DNA of 64,000 nt from Octopus vulgaris. Lineage: Eukaryota. Below the pieces are notes generated by a model that saw only the letters and a program-made list of their open reading frames with translations, was not told the origin of the DNA and made no database searches. Positions 13,840 to 27,670 of this stretch are shown here, in pieces. A program made the translations under genes and the position numbers. Each line of letters starts with the position of its first letter. The stretch's first letter is position 1. The stretch lies in the NCBI GenBank assembly GCA_951406725.2, contig OX597824.1:58218001-58282000 (forward strand), read 5' to 3'.

Positions 13840-16184
13840 TTTTGAAATATATCACAATGTCTGAACGCGCGCTCGTGTTTGAACAATTGTCTGGTTTAGT
13901 GGCGGATATGGGAACAGATAAGTGAGGGTGTGAAGGTCATCACTGATAGGCTCCATTTACCCACAGCTAACAGCCAAGTTTTATTCAGAGGCGTGTCTTT
14001 GCATTGACCGGCTTTCACCGTTGTCACAGATATGTATTTCTGTTATACATACATACATACATACATACATATTGTAAAACTAAAGTGCTCTATGTATTGT
14101 GTGTGTGTGTATGTCACTCAATCTATAGCTATAGTTGTTGTTGTTGGTGGTGGTGTTAGACCCCAGGCGCGCACTAATTTAGCAACCATCATTTCTACCC
14201 TGAACAGCGCCTATGTTACCTGTAGAAATATTTTATCGAGGTCATTACCCGGCGACTCCTTCCTGTTCTGATAATTTTTCTGCGAGATAAGGCTGCTATA
14301 TCTAGTATGTTGTGTGACCACATAAATGCCTTCATCGATTACTCGTTTTGAATGTACATGTCTTCTACTGGCGTGGCTCCAAACTGTGTAGTATCGGGTT
14401 CAATTCCATTGAGCAGTAACTTGGGTAATGGTCTTCTATCATAGCCTCGTATCGATCAAGGCCTTTTGGTGATAGAGCCTGTTTAATCAGTCATTCGGTT
14501 TAATATTTCCTCCCAGCCCTTAGTAGCTTTAGTGGAAAATACAATGTTGCAATGAATTAGATCAGGTCTCGGCACCCCATAAAAAATCTCACAGAAATGT
14601 GCTTCCCCTAAACATGCAATAAAATATGTTTTACTAAACATTGACATCATATCTTTAGAACAAGCAGCATATAATATTTATGTTATAACAATTCCAATTC
14701 CATTGACCTCCTCACAAAACAAAATGAAGTAACACTCAGCACCAGCTACTGAATTCAGAAGAGACTTTACTCTTCCAAACAAACTGTAAGGAACTCCTCT
14801 GAAAATAGGAACAAAGTTTGATGAAAAAAAAATAAAACAAGGCAAAGAAAAAAATGAAACAAAAACAATTGACTTAGATTCGTTATAAAGTTAAGCTGAC
14901 GCTGACGCATGCATGTATACATACGTATATATGTATGTGTGTGCGTGTGTGTGTGTGTATGTGTATGTGTATACACAATTTTTTATACGTTGTGCTTACT
15001 AAGGTATTCGCTTGTATTTATTCAATTTCTGTTTTTATTCATTATATGTGTGTGTGTGTGCCAATGTATGCGTGTTGGTGTTTGCGAATGGATATATGTG
15101 CGTGTATATGCATGTATGCGCGCGCACGCACACACACACACAAACATGTTTTCATATGACAGAAAAAACTAAGTTGGCATAAGAAACAAAACGATGAATG
15201 AGTGTGAATGAGATCTATGTTTTGTCGTTAGCAAAAATAATTGCTACAAGAACAATAAATACGTAGTAAAGATTCCATAGTAAAGATAGGCTGGTGTCCT
15301 GGCCAGGATCTCTAAACATCTTTGTCTCTCTCAAATCTGTTTAGAGGCCTAAAGGTATCATTTGTGTGAGGGTTTATTAAATCTATTTCATACTTGGAAG
15401 GAAATTAGTATACAAACTGAAGCATACGCAAATGCGCACATAAACATACGCAAATGTAGATAAGTAGGTAGATAGATGAATTGATAGGTTAATATATATA
15501 TATATACACAGAGAGAGATAGAGAGAAAGGCAGAGAGCTATAAATATTTCCTTTGAAGGATGGTGATTAGTTGTAGGTCACTTGATGGGTGGGGGTGGAG
15601 AGGGATTAGTGACTGCGGGTGGTGAGGGAACCGAATGTTTTACATTGGGCAATCTCTAGATAAAGTAGAAGATTGTATTGGCTTTTAATATACTGTTGAA
15701 GAAAAAGGAAGTGTGTGATGTGTTCTATGCATGTGTGCGTGTGTGTGTACGTGTGATGTGTGTTGAGCGTGTATTTTTGTTGGGTGTTTATGCCTATAAG
15801 CATATAAAAACCAGCCAACTTCTGTAGAGAAAGGGTGTAACGTGATTTTGGTAACTGATATTTATGCTTCAGTTGCGCTGATGAAATGGGAATTCATGCG
15901 CGAAAAGAGAGTTTCAGATAGAGTTTGGTGGAGAGAACAAGTAGCATATATATATCTTGTTATTTCGGTCTTTATTTATTTATGAAGAGGATGCTTTAAG
16001 AGACAACAGCAGCAGCAAGTCGTAGACATAGTTGTAGAGGTAATGGTGGTGGTGGTGGCGTTGTTGATGGTGGTGTGGTTATTGGAAAATGAAGAGAAGC
16101 TTCTGGGCAGTTTCAATTTCCACATAAGTCCTGTTTTTCAACCAGCCACATTCAATGGACATCAAAGGAAGAAGACTAGGGAGA

Positions 16185-16350
16185 AGGAGGAGGAGTAGAA
16201 GAAGAAGAAGAAGAAGAAGAAGAAGAAGAAGAAGAAGAAGAAGAAGAAGAAGAAGAAGAAGAAGAAGAAGAAGAAGAGGAAGAGGAAGTAGAGGAAGAGG
16301 AATAATAATAATAATAATAATAATAATAAGAAGAAGAAGAAGAAGAATGA
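16185..16350. repeat. Compound (GAA)n/(AAT)n microsatellite
   Basis: Direct reading. Explains the poly-R and poly-S ORFs. Confidence 0.95.
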
Positions 16351-16384
16351 AATGTTTGACGAGCCAAAAGTAATTGTTGTATAC

Positions 16385-16900
16385 GTTGCAGGTTTCGATC
16401 GGTTGGTCCTTCGATTGACTTTACACGCGAGTAGGCTAGGCAGTTATATCATGACTCGAAGAAGTGCCGATCGTCGGTTGTGGTCTGTCATGTATGTAGA
16501 ATTTTGCTTGCAATTCTGAGCATCTATGGGCTAGATTAATTCGTTCTTTTTATTTAAGATGCAGGATTATTTAAAATTTCGAGAAAGGTAGAAATTGCGT
16601 AACATCTTCCAGTTCTTAAATTCTTGTATCTTATCTAACACTGCGCACGAAATACTGTGTCACCTTCTTCTCTTGATTTTCAACTGTGCTTTGAAATTTG
16701 TGCTGTTTTCTAAGTAGAGGAAGCAGTTCTGTTAGTGCTAGAGTCTCTCGGAGTAGAGGAATTCTTCATAATCTCTCTATAGTTTGTTGATTGGTTGCGC
16801 GTGAAGAAATCAATTTGGCATTATAATGCATTTCTCTGAACATTTACTCTTTGGAGGATAAATCTCTGGATTTTTTCCCACTGCGTGCTGGTTCTGTTTG
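16385..16900 (-). mobile_element. Penelope-like element, decayed GIY-YIG endonuclease region plus 3' hammerhead-like relic
   Basis: Minus-strand frameshifted remnants YPPKSKCSEKCII (cf. CPLxGKCLxxxIIY), NST..SKH and LNKKNELI (cf. LNKRSELISKCRH). These are followed by ...GAAGGACCAACCGATCGAAACC. Confidence 0.55.
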
Positions 16901-17164
16901 CTCTACATTTGGTCGCAACATCAGCACAAGACGCCAGACGTGCAAACACAAGCATCCCTATACAGACATACGCTAATGCTAATAAACAAGTTCTCCGTTA
17001 TGTTGCTATTTTTTGTTGTTTATCCATTTTTCAGCCATAACTGTATCGTGTCTATCCTATTTTTGAGTTCAATTCTCACAAAAATAGACTGCGGGCCTCC
17101 CTCTCACAGGGAAAGATACCAGTAATACTGCAATGATCACATCAATATTATTACTATTATTATT

Positions 17165-17380
17165 AAGGCAGAGAGCTGCCAGAATCGTTAGCATGCTGGG
17201 CGAAATGCTTAACGACATTTCATCTGTCTTCGTGTTCTGAGTTCAAATTCCGCCGAGGTCAAATTTGCCTTTCATCCTTTTGGGGTCGATAAATTGAGTA
17301 CCAGTCAAGTACTGAGAACGATGTGATCGATTTACCTCTTCCCCCAAATCTCAGGCCTTGTGCCTATACTAGAAAGGATT
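17165..17380 (+). mobile_element. tRNA-derived SINE family A, near full length
   Basis: AAGGCAGAGAGCTGCCAGAATCGTTAGCATGCTGGGCGAAATGCTT head, GAGTTCAAATTCC B-box-like motif, central TTGCCTTTCATCCTTT.GGGGTCGATAAA domain. Sits in an (ATT)n context. Confidence 0.9.
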
Positions 17381-18517
17381 ATAATTATTATTGCTGTTTT
17401 TACGAATCATATTGTAATAGCCGTAGTTGTTGTAATTATTGTTGCTGTTGTAGTTGTTGTTATGAAGGTAGGGAACGTAATTTCATTTAGTTACATGTCT
17501 AGACATGCTCTTTTTGATAGACGTGGCATCATGTTGTTATTGCGATTATTGTTTTAACTGTTGTTCGTGATCTAATTTTTACTTCTTTTCTGTTATCTGT
17601 TCTTGCATATTTTAATTGCTTTTTGTTTCCTTTCTTTTTCTTAAACTTTTTGCTTTACATCAATGCCGTTTTACCTTCAACATCATCAGACAATGTACAA
17701 GGTATTTTACTGTCTGCATATTTGTATGGGGTAGGGCGTGTTTGTGTACAAGTGCCTCTATATGTGGGCAACAAAGAAGACGGTTTAGTGTGAAAAACTC
17801 CCATCTTGTTGGATACGTTTGTACATGGAAAGCCCGTACACACACTGTGTTTTGCATATATGTATGAACATTTGTATGTATAAGTGTGTATATGTGTCCA
17901 CACACACGATCATACTCATAAATTATTCACTGCTGCTTATAGTTTCTTGTATATAAACCCTGTTATATTCATATACTCTTTATTCATTCATTACTGCGGC
18001 TGCATCACTTTCCCAGTTCAACTTTTTGCTATGCACCATTTCGCTTTTTGGCCCATTTCTATTATTTCCCTATTTCGTTCCTCACCTGTAGGCATTTTTC
18101 GCTATTATATATTATTATTTGTTGTTGTAATTTGCAGTATGTTCCTTTGATTTATTTCTTTATAACACGAGGATTTACTTAGATGTATCCCAAAATGAAA
18201 ATAACTCAAATTTTTGTATCTTATACTTACTCGTACGTGTGCACACCTACACCCACACACCCACACATGCACGAATACACACTCATGGAAAGAGAGAGAA
18301 AGCTGGACAAAGCCAAAAATATAAGAATACAATAGTTTTACTTTAGTTTCTTGTTTTTAATAATCAGAAATGATATTTCAGATGATGCCAAAGAAGAAGC
18401 TATAGTAAAATGCTTTTCCAGACTTTTATCAGCTTTACTCTGTATTTGCTTCTAGTTTTTGCATTGAGTAATATCTAGGCGTTGCTGTAAGTTTCTTTCT
18501 CATTTCTCATTTCTTTT

Positions 18518-18724
<207 letters not shown>

Positions 18725-19559
18725 GTATGTACGTATGACTTGAAGTTTGGTTAAGCAGATGCCAGCATACACCTCTAACTGGGTGCACCAATTCCATGAA
18801 GTTTACTGAACCACGTGATTATTTCAAAATCTGCCTTGTCAATTTACACTTCTTGCTTTCTCACTTCGATTTCCTTCTCATATCTCGTTTCATTGTTACT
18901 TTTGTTGAATGTGTAAAAAATACAAATAATTAAAGAGAAAAAAAGAGAGTACATCAAAACGTTAGGCCTGTTGTTGTTGTTCTTGTTGTTGTTGTTGTTG
19001 TTGTTGTTGTTGAAACTCAAATCAGCCCTGATAAAACAGACTGATCATCAAACCATTATTTTTTTTTCCAAGAGACTTAATCTAAACCTAGATTTTACAG
19101 AGTTAAGACGGCAATGTGTTATTTAGTAGGGTTGCTATTTCTAGCAAGTCTAGTAGTAATACAGAAGTTATCAGTACGATCGTATTTCTTGACGCTACAA
19201 TTTCCTCCAAAATGTCTGTGTCTCATTGATTTTCCGTCAATAATTCAACAAGGAGAAAAATCCAAAAATTGTTCTATGTTGTTTAAATTACGAACGATAA
19301 TTGCAATTAAAGGAGAACCAAAAAGGGAATAAACGGTGCTTACCAAAATTTGAAGTACGTATCTTCAACTCTGGTGGGCCTCCTTGTGCAAGTGTTTTAT
19401 TGTGAGTTTTTACATGTTGCGTCTAAAAAGTTAATTGCGTATATATGTACATATACATACATGCAGATATATGTATATGCATGTGTATTTGTCTGTATCT
19501 AAAGAAAATTGGGTCTATAAAAGGAAAATGAGCATTCACCCCTTTCATTCTTTATCACA

Positions 19560-20350
19560 CTCAACCTGAATCTTTTTTCTCTCTCTCTGACACTTCCTCC
19601 AAAACACCACCACTCTAGAGGAACGTTAACTCCTATCCTGTTGACTGTTTCTCCTATACCCCCAGAACAACATTATTCACTGCATAAAACACCTACATTT
19701 CCGCTCACTGTATGTCGGTGAAACTGGTCGGGGAATAGCAGACGATACTAGAGTACATCTTTTAGGCGTTTGATGCAACAACAATGGGTCATTTCAATCT
19801 GTAAATCGTCACTTCAATTCCCCAGGCCATACTTAACCGCATCACTTCGTGTATAGGGTTGTTCTATAACTGTGGATCAACCGCCTCCCGTTTACACCAT
19901 GAACAGCAGTTAATATTCCGTCTAAATACAGTTCAGTCAATGTAATTAATAATCCCATCCCCCCACCCTTAAATAAGACTTTCTTAACACTCTTCCACTG
20001 AGAAGCGCGCTACTCTGCACTTCACATACACTCGCAATGCTCACATTCTACATGCTTCACTCATACCAACTACACAGCATTACACCTTTACACGCTGAAA
20101 ATATTTTTCAATCTAACACACTCCTCTTCATTCACATACAGAATATAGCATAGCATCTTATTTCCCTTGTTTCGATAAAATACACTCACTTAGTCACGCT
20201 CTCATACACATACATCAACGAGTTAGCACTAAATATCCCTTGATTGAAAGACGCCCTTCTGGTTGAAAACTCCTTTCCGTTATATCCACTTCCGTCATCT
20301 AGTTTATTCGTGTGACATAATTTTTACAGTAAAGCATTAAACTCAACAAG
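19560..20350 (+). mobile_element. Penelope-like element: GIY-YIG endonuclease relic and 3' pseudo-LTR
   Basis: 19669-19836 translates NIIHCIKHLHFRSLYVGETGRGIADDTRVHL..*..VNRHFNSPGHT*, followed by EQQLIFRLNTVQ. These are typical PLE endonuclease motifs. A decayed hammerhead-like string lies at ~20238-20272. Confidence 0.8.
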
Positions 20351-21061
20351 ATCTTTCTTATTTTCTGTACTTCTCTTCAGCTTCTTCTTGACCACTAACC
20401 AAACGTTGAACGTTGAACTCCTCTCTTTCATTCTATCATCTTAGTTTTTCTGTTTATTCCTGAAACATTTTGGATTACCATACGCTATCACACACCAACC
20501 TCCGGATAGCCATCGATTCGGATTTATATTTGTGTTACGATTATTATTATTCTGTAACCTCGCTATGCAATACCTCAAGCTTTTTCTCCTTGCTATATCT
20601 CATTGTTTCAAACAATTCTTCAATTCCACTCTCTCTGTCTTTCTCTCTCTCCCCCTTTCTCTCCCACCTTTCTCTCTCCCTGATTGTTACATATGTCGAC
20701 TTAACTAAAACTTGCTACTCTAACCTTATTGTTTTCCTTAGCCGTTCCTTTAACAACAATCTGATTTTATATAGTTGCCACCTCCTTTCTTTAAACCCAC
20801 CAGCCATTGTTTTTCCTTCAATGAACCAATTCTTACCCGCACTTCCCGTCTACTGATGTGCGCTGCAATTCGCTCCACATGTTTCCAGTTACATATCCTG
20901 GTCTGTGATATTTACCAGACCTGTCTCCTCTCTTTCATCTGTACCCTATTTATCACCCGTTTAATAATTTTTTTCATTTCACATACCAAAACCGTTACGC
21001 TCTATCTATTCATTAACGAAATTCCTACTTTTTCTTCTGATCCCCTTCAATCACGCACACG

Positions 21062-21146
<85 letters not shown>

Positions 21147-21159
21147 ACACACACACACA

Positions 21160-21915
21160 CACACCATTTCCAGGTCACTGTTACTCAATTTCCCAACAAG
21201 CCGTTATTGCTGAGCGTTCCATCTTTGGAAGGAGCCTTTAAACTCCTCATTTCCTCTGTTGGCGAATTCCAGAACCGGATCGGTATCGAGAGATTTCTGT
21301 ACGACATTAATTAAATTGCTTGTCTTTATCCACCACAAAACACCTGAATTCAGTCACTTCTATTGCTTCATTCATTCGGAACGATGTCCATCCAACTGGT
21401 ACACATCCGTTACAAGTTCAAGCCATTAAGTATGTTGATCCTGGGTTGAACTCTCTGCATTCAGTCATCTTCAACACCGTCATATTATCGTCGTCAAACC
21501 AGCCGACACGCGTAGTTTTAAGGCAGAAATCTCTACAGGCTGAAGTATTTTGGCAACTTACCCAAGTACCTATTCTACCCGATATTAGCTTCTGATCTCA
21601 TCACTCACATCCAACAAATCGTGCCATACCACTGCCTTCGCCCGGAGTCAATTTATACTCTTTTCTAACTCACCTATCACAATCGCAAACCTTACTATCC
21701 CACATCACCCACCTATTCTTCCACTCCAAGGTTTGTAAAGCAGTAATGTTTACCCCTCAATCTTTTAACCAACAACAGCCCTACAGAACCTGGTTCATTG
21801 CTCCAGGTCACAACTACCGGCGTCTAGCCATCTGCGTCTCAGGATTTAGAAACCGACTTTTCAACAATCCCACACTAAAACACATTCCTGCACTTCGTAG
21901 TCCCTACTGCGTTCA
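21160..21915 (+). mobile_element. Penelope-like element, ORF region N-terminal to the RT core (pseudogenised)
   Basis: Frameshifted remnants HIIVVKPAD..., AEVFWQL and LASDLITHIQQIV, cf. PLE IVIKPADKG..EAxRQLSD..DPT. Confidence 0.6.
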
Positions 21916-21933
21916 ACACGCGCACACGCATAC

Positions 21934-22046
<113 letters not shown>

Positions 22047-22055
22047 GTATCTATG

Positions 22056-22094
<39 letters not shown>

Positions 22095-22259
22095 TAATCA
22101 GTCAACTAACCAATCAATCAATCACACACAAACAGACTTCTGCCTGTAAAACTCAATTCCGATTTTAAGCATTATTGTCATACATTGGGCATGTGGTTTA
22201 CAACAACAGGACTATTTTCCTTCCTGTTAGGTTCCCAGGGTTCTTTCATGTATGTAGAT

Positions 22260-22326
<67 letters not shown>

Positions 22327-22347
22327 GAAAACACACACACAAAGTAC

Positions 22348-22410
<63 letters not shown>

Positions 22411-22752
22411 TAAATAGATAGATAGTTAGATAGATAGACACCATACATTAATACATATGCATAAATGTCTCTGTGCTAACATGCTCTGATTCTTAATTAT
22501 TTCTGTTATCGTTGTAATTGATAGTGGTGTAGTAGTTATTGTAGTTATTCTCCTTGCATTCCAAGTCGGGGAATGTTCGAAAAATCTCTGTTGAATGTCA
22601 AAACACACGCCACATGCATATGTATGGAGTGTACAGTTGTATTTTCTGTATATATGTATGTGTTATGCATGTGTCTAGCAGCGTGTGCCTGTATACATAC
22701 ATACATACATACATACATACATACATACATACATACATACATACATAAATAC

Positions 22753-22810
<58 letters not shown>

Positions 22811-22812
22811 AT

Positions 22813-22845
<33 letters not shown>

Positions 22846-22919
22846 CGTATATATATATGTATGTATGTATATGTATATATATATATATATACACATACAT
22901 ACATACATACATACAAATA

Positions 22920-22969
<50 letters not shown>

Positions 22970-22972
<3 letters not shown>

Positions 22973-23347
22973 CCAACGCACTCTGTCGGTTATGACGACG
23001 AGGGTTCCAGTTGATCCAAATTAACAGAACAGCCTGCTCGTGAAATTAACGTGCAATTGACTGGGCACTCCACAGACACGTGTACCTTTAACGTAGTTCT
23101 CGGGGAAATTCAGCGTGACACAGAGTGTGACAAAGCTGGTCCTTTGAAATACCGGAAGAACAGAAATAGGAAGAGGGTGTGAGAGAAAGTTGTGGTGAAA
23201 AAAATAGAGTACGGTTGCCCCCCCCCCCCTGCCGGAGCCTCGTGGAGCTTTAAGTTTGTTTCGCTCAATAAACACTCACAACATCCGGTCTGGGAATCGA
23301 AACTGCGATCCTATGACCGCGTGTCCGCTGCCATAACCACTGGACCG
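22970..23347 (-). mobile_element. tRNA-derived SINE (family C head, alternative tail)
   Basis: Minus strand begins GGTCCAGTGGTTATGGCAGCGGACACGCGGTCATAGGATCGCAGTTTCGATTCCCAGACC (A/B boxes). Head is shared with 47258-47555. Confidence 0.85.
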
Positions 23348-23532
23348 TTGTGCCTCCACATACATACACACGAATACGCACACGTACATACGCGCGCGTG
23401 CACACATCTATCAATATGTGTCCCCAATTGTATGATGGCGAATTGGTTGCTATTTCTGGTGTGTATTCATGCGTGTATATATATATATATATATATAAAT
23501 ATATATATATTTATATATTAAACACCCACCCA

Positions 23533-23577
<45 letters not shown>

Positions 23578-24414
23578 CATGTATGTATGTGTATGTGTCT
23601 ATGCATACGTGTGGTATGTTGGCTGTATCTCTTATATGAAAGATGGCGTCGTAACGGACTATTTAACATGTATTATCGATAGTTATGTTACCCATTACAG
23701 TTTTCATTACTAACTTTCATATGGCAATAATATTATTATTATCGATGTAAAATCAATATATAACTCTCACCAGAAAATAATAATTTCAGCTTCATGATGC
23801 TCCAGATAATTGTGTATCTTTACGTAAATATTTTTGTATGCGTATGTGTAAGGCGTGTCTTCGATGTTGTTGTTTTGCTCCCTATCAGCCTTGAGATTGC
23901 AATATCTTTTATCAAAGTCATTGCACTCATGACCATCGTACATTGTGAGGATGGGGTATAATGTTTAGCGATTTTCCTCATTTGCAATTCGGAGAGTGAT
24001 TTGAAGGAGATTTCGTTGTTATTCTCGCTATGTTGAACCTTATTCCTTCGTTCATGAAGTGTGTGCTTTTTTTTATATTTGTATGACTGTGTTTTTGTGT
24101 GTGCGTGCGTGGGAGTATGAGTGTTTGATGTTACGCTTAAGAGTAATTGTGTACATATGTGTGCGTGCGCGCATGTGTATACGTAATCAAACAACAATAT
24201 ACACACTGACTAGTAAAATAGCAGAGCAGTTGTCATAATGAATCCCTAACTAAGGACTGTAGCACTATTGTCTACTAATACACATTTCAACTGTAGTAAC
24301 ACATAAATATTTACTAAACGTTTTTATTACCTTCTCTTTTTATTCACAATTCAATAACTGTTCCTACTATTCGTTTTATTTTTAGAGATAAGATATTGTT
24401 TTCAGCTACATCTA

Positions 24415-24770
24415 TAGGTGCAAATATAGTGATGTGTGTTTGATTAAGAAGTTTGCTTAGCAAACCAGCCCGTTCTAGGATCGATCCCATTGCGCACCAC
24501 CTTGGGCATGCGTCTTCCACTAAAACTTTACATTGAGTAATTCATTGTGAGTGGAATTATTAGACGGTAACTGCGCAGAAGCCTGTCACGCGCGTGTGCG
24601 TGCGCTCATATCTGTGTTAATGTTTTGCTCGATCTAATATCTCATAATTTAGTGGTTCGGCAAACAGAAACCGGAGAAATATGCATCAGATTGAAATGAG
24701 TACTAGCTTCAAGTAAAATTCTTGAAGCAAGTGACCTAGTATGTCCACAGTCCGTTGCCCAAAGCAAATG
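24415..24770 (+). mobile_element. SINE family B, old degenerate copy
   Basis: AAGAAGTTTGCTT...GATCCCATTGCGCACCACCTTGGGCA...GTGAGTGGA..TAGACGGTAACTG...GGTTCGGCAAA. Confidence 0.7.
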
Positions 24771-25477
24771 AAATATAATAATCGTTCGATTGGCTTGATT
24801 TACGATTGTACTCAAGTTTCAAACTCCTCATCTTATGTAATCCTAGACTGTGTTTCCAACTAGGGACCTTTAATCCTAAACTAAGGCTAGTAATATTCTT
24901 GACTACTCGGTCACTTACGTACGTATGTGTAGGTAAGTACATTATTACTATTAGTTTTGAAATTCGCTTTCATAGTTCGACTCCAGTCAGATATGAGGAA
25001 TAAGTCATCTAACGAGTGGACATCAAATCGATTGAAATGTAGTTTAAACATCTCAACAGTAAAAATGCTGTTTCTTCTCCGGTGCTCCAGTATGGCCGCA
25101 ATCAAATGACTGAAACAAATAAAAGATAGTATTAATAGTTTGAAAACTGATTAACTTATGAACAATGAATTATGATAACCAAATATATATTAAGTTTATA
25201 ATACTTATTTATGCTAATTTTAGTTACTTAAATGAGAATTGTAGTTAATTTTCAATTGATTTTAATTAGTAAATAAAAAAATTAACAAAACTTAATAAAC
25301 TAGTGTTTGATGTATTAAGCAGTATCGGAACATTGTTCTTTATTTAATAGTAGTAACATTGTGGCCATAACATCTGGAATTCCAATGTTTGAATGCTACT
25401 TACTAAGAATGTATGTATGCCTCTATATATGTATGTTCGTATGTATGTATGTGTGTATGAATGTATACATACATATC

Positions 25478-25540
<63 letters not shown>

Positions 25541-25566
25541 GTATATATATAACGTTTCAATTTGAG

Positions 25567-25597
<31 letters not shown>

Positions 25598-25814
25598 TAT
25601 ATGTGTAGTACTGTCTGAAATCTTCAGGAACTTAACGTTTCATATGTATGACTCTGCTATGTTTGATACCTTTACTGTGGTTAACCATACCGGGACCTAC
25701 ATATATATATATATATATATATATATGAATTTGTTAAAAAGGAAGACAAACACCAAGGCAAGACATCTCAAGTCATATGTTATTATTATTAAAAATCATT
25801 AAGCAATTTTTAAA

Positions 25815-25872
25815 GTCTTACAGCTGTTTCTGGGAAACCCCAAAACATGTGGAATATCCCATTATCAGAGAC
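25815..25872 (-). ncRNA. Type-I minimal hammerhead ribozyme motif (G8>A variant, probably inactive) within a short repeat at ~25730-25900
   Basis: Minus strand: GUCU-CUGAUAA-UGGGAUAUUCC-loop-GGGGUUUCCCA-GAAA-CAGCUG-UA-AGAC. Stems I and II pair, and stem III is palindromic. Confidence 0.7.
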
Positions 25873-26326
25873 AGATGGTGAGAAAGTGAGAGGGTATAGA
25901 TTACGGAAACGATTGAGAGATGTATGAAAAAGCGAAAAAGGAAAAAGATTATATAAAAGTTCAGTTTAAGTTTCCGCTAGTGCAGGCGCTAATCCATGAC
26001 TCTCTTGGCAATATATATATATATGCAATGAGTCAAACTAATCAAGTGCTTTCCCTGTCTGTAAATTTATGGGCTGGTATCTGTATTTGGAAACTTCTGC
26101 AAATGTACACCATAGTGTCCAGCTGACCCGATTCCATAAAATCAGTGTTAATATGGTCGTGACAAAGTTTTTGACATCTTATATATGTACTATGAAGATT
26201 CAAATCCCAAATAAGGGAATCGGCATGTGTGTGTCGAAACAGCCATCATAACTATTCTTGGCTATACTTCATAGACAGAAACACAGTGGGTATAGCACTG
26301 TTGTCGTTGATATTGTTGCTGTAGGG

Positions 26327-26683
26327 TAGTGGTTCTGAACAGGTTTCTTTATGGATCCTAGGGATCCATAAAGCAAAATATTGAATTGGGAATCCACAAC
26401 AGAATTTTAAGTGCTTATGAAAACAATTTTGCTATATATGTATTTATTGCAAGAAACAGCTATGTTTCTTTCTCTAATGTTTTACATAGTTTAACATGTT
26501 TCCAACCACTGAAACATGTTCTTTCAGTGGGTGCTATTGCAAGCCAACACAAGTGAATGGGGTGAAAAGCGAGAAAGAAGTATCAATAAAACTGGTTTTT
26601 AAACATGAAATGGCTATGGGGATCAAGCAGAATAAAATAATGATCAAAGGGGTCCATAGATAAAATAATGTTGAGAACCACTG
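26327..26683. mobile_element. Non-autonomous hAT (Charlie-like) MITE
   Basis: TIRs TAGTGGTTCTGAAC / GTTGAGAACCACTG. The 8-bp flanks CTGTAGGG / TTGTCGGG are 6/8 identical, consistent with a decayed TSD. Confidence 0.75.
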
Positions 26684-27207
26684 TTGTCGGGCCTCAGGTC
26701 AGCTCTTATTGAAATAAACTATGATTAATGGTCTTCCAACTATGAACGCCCTATTTTATATTTTAGGCAAAGTGTATATATGTGGATCTATATTATTGTA
26801 TTTATTCTGTCCTTTATAGCAGTAGGTATGATGTGAAAAAGACTATGCTAGTATATCTTGTAGTTCCAGAGATTAGCTGAGAGTGAAGTTCATATAATTA
26901 GCATATATCTATCCACTCTATATAACATATTGAGATATATGCCAAATAATCGCACCCGAGCAGTACAGTTTAAATATGCAAGTGTGTGTCTACGTGCTTA
27001 CACACGCACATACATATTTCTACGAAAACTTAATTAAGGTAGCATTTGGACATGTTTCATATCTGAAAACTGCTAAATTTGTAGGGCATGTATAGTACTT
27101 GTCTGTGTATCTACGTGTGTATATATACGCTTTATAAACATGTATATACACGCGTAAACACACACACATTCACATACATAAAGTATATAAATATAATGTA
27201 TATAAGA

Positions 27208-27322
27208 CATTTTTTGTTTCTCTTCCTATTTCTTTCCTCTCCTTTTTAACCGTTAAATGTCCGTCGTTTCACACGATATGATATCTTGCTCTGTTTTTCT
27301 CTATTTTTTGTGGGCCATACAG
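27208..27322 (+). promoter_or_regulatory. Polypyrimidine tract and 3' splice acceptor (CAG, AG at 27321-27322)
   Basis: Long T/C-rich stretch ending TTTTTTGTGGGCCATACAG, directly followed by the open frame EPNGTGQTSQSMGDHS... Confidence 0.75.
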
Positions 27323-27639
27323 TGAACCAAACGGAACTGGACAGACATCACAATCGATGGGTGACCATTCCCCGCAGAGTGACTTCAAAGATTTGGACAG
27401 TCCCCGAAGTTTGAAGGGACAGTTAAAAGTTGAGAATTCTCAACATGTTGTCTATACCGACCTTCAAAAAGCTGCGGGCTTGAATTCAACACCGACAATG
27501 CCAATTATACAGAATATGATTTCGAATAATAATAATAATAATAACAATAATAATAACAATAATAACAATAACAATAACACCACCAACAACAACAACAGTA
27601 ACAACCATCAGCAACATCATCAACAACAGCAACACCACC

Positions 27640-27670
<31 letters not shown>

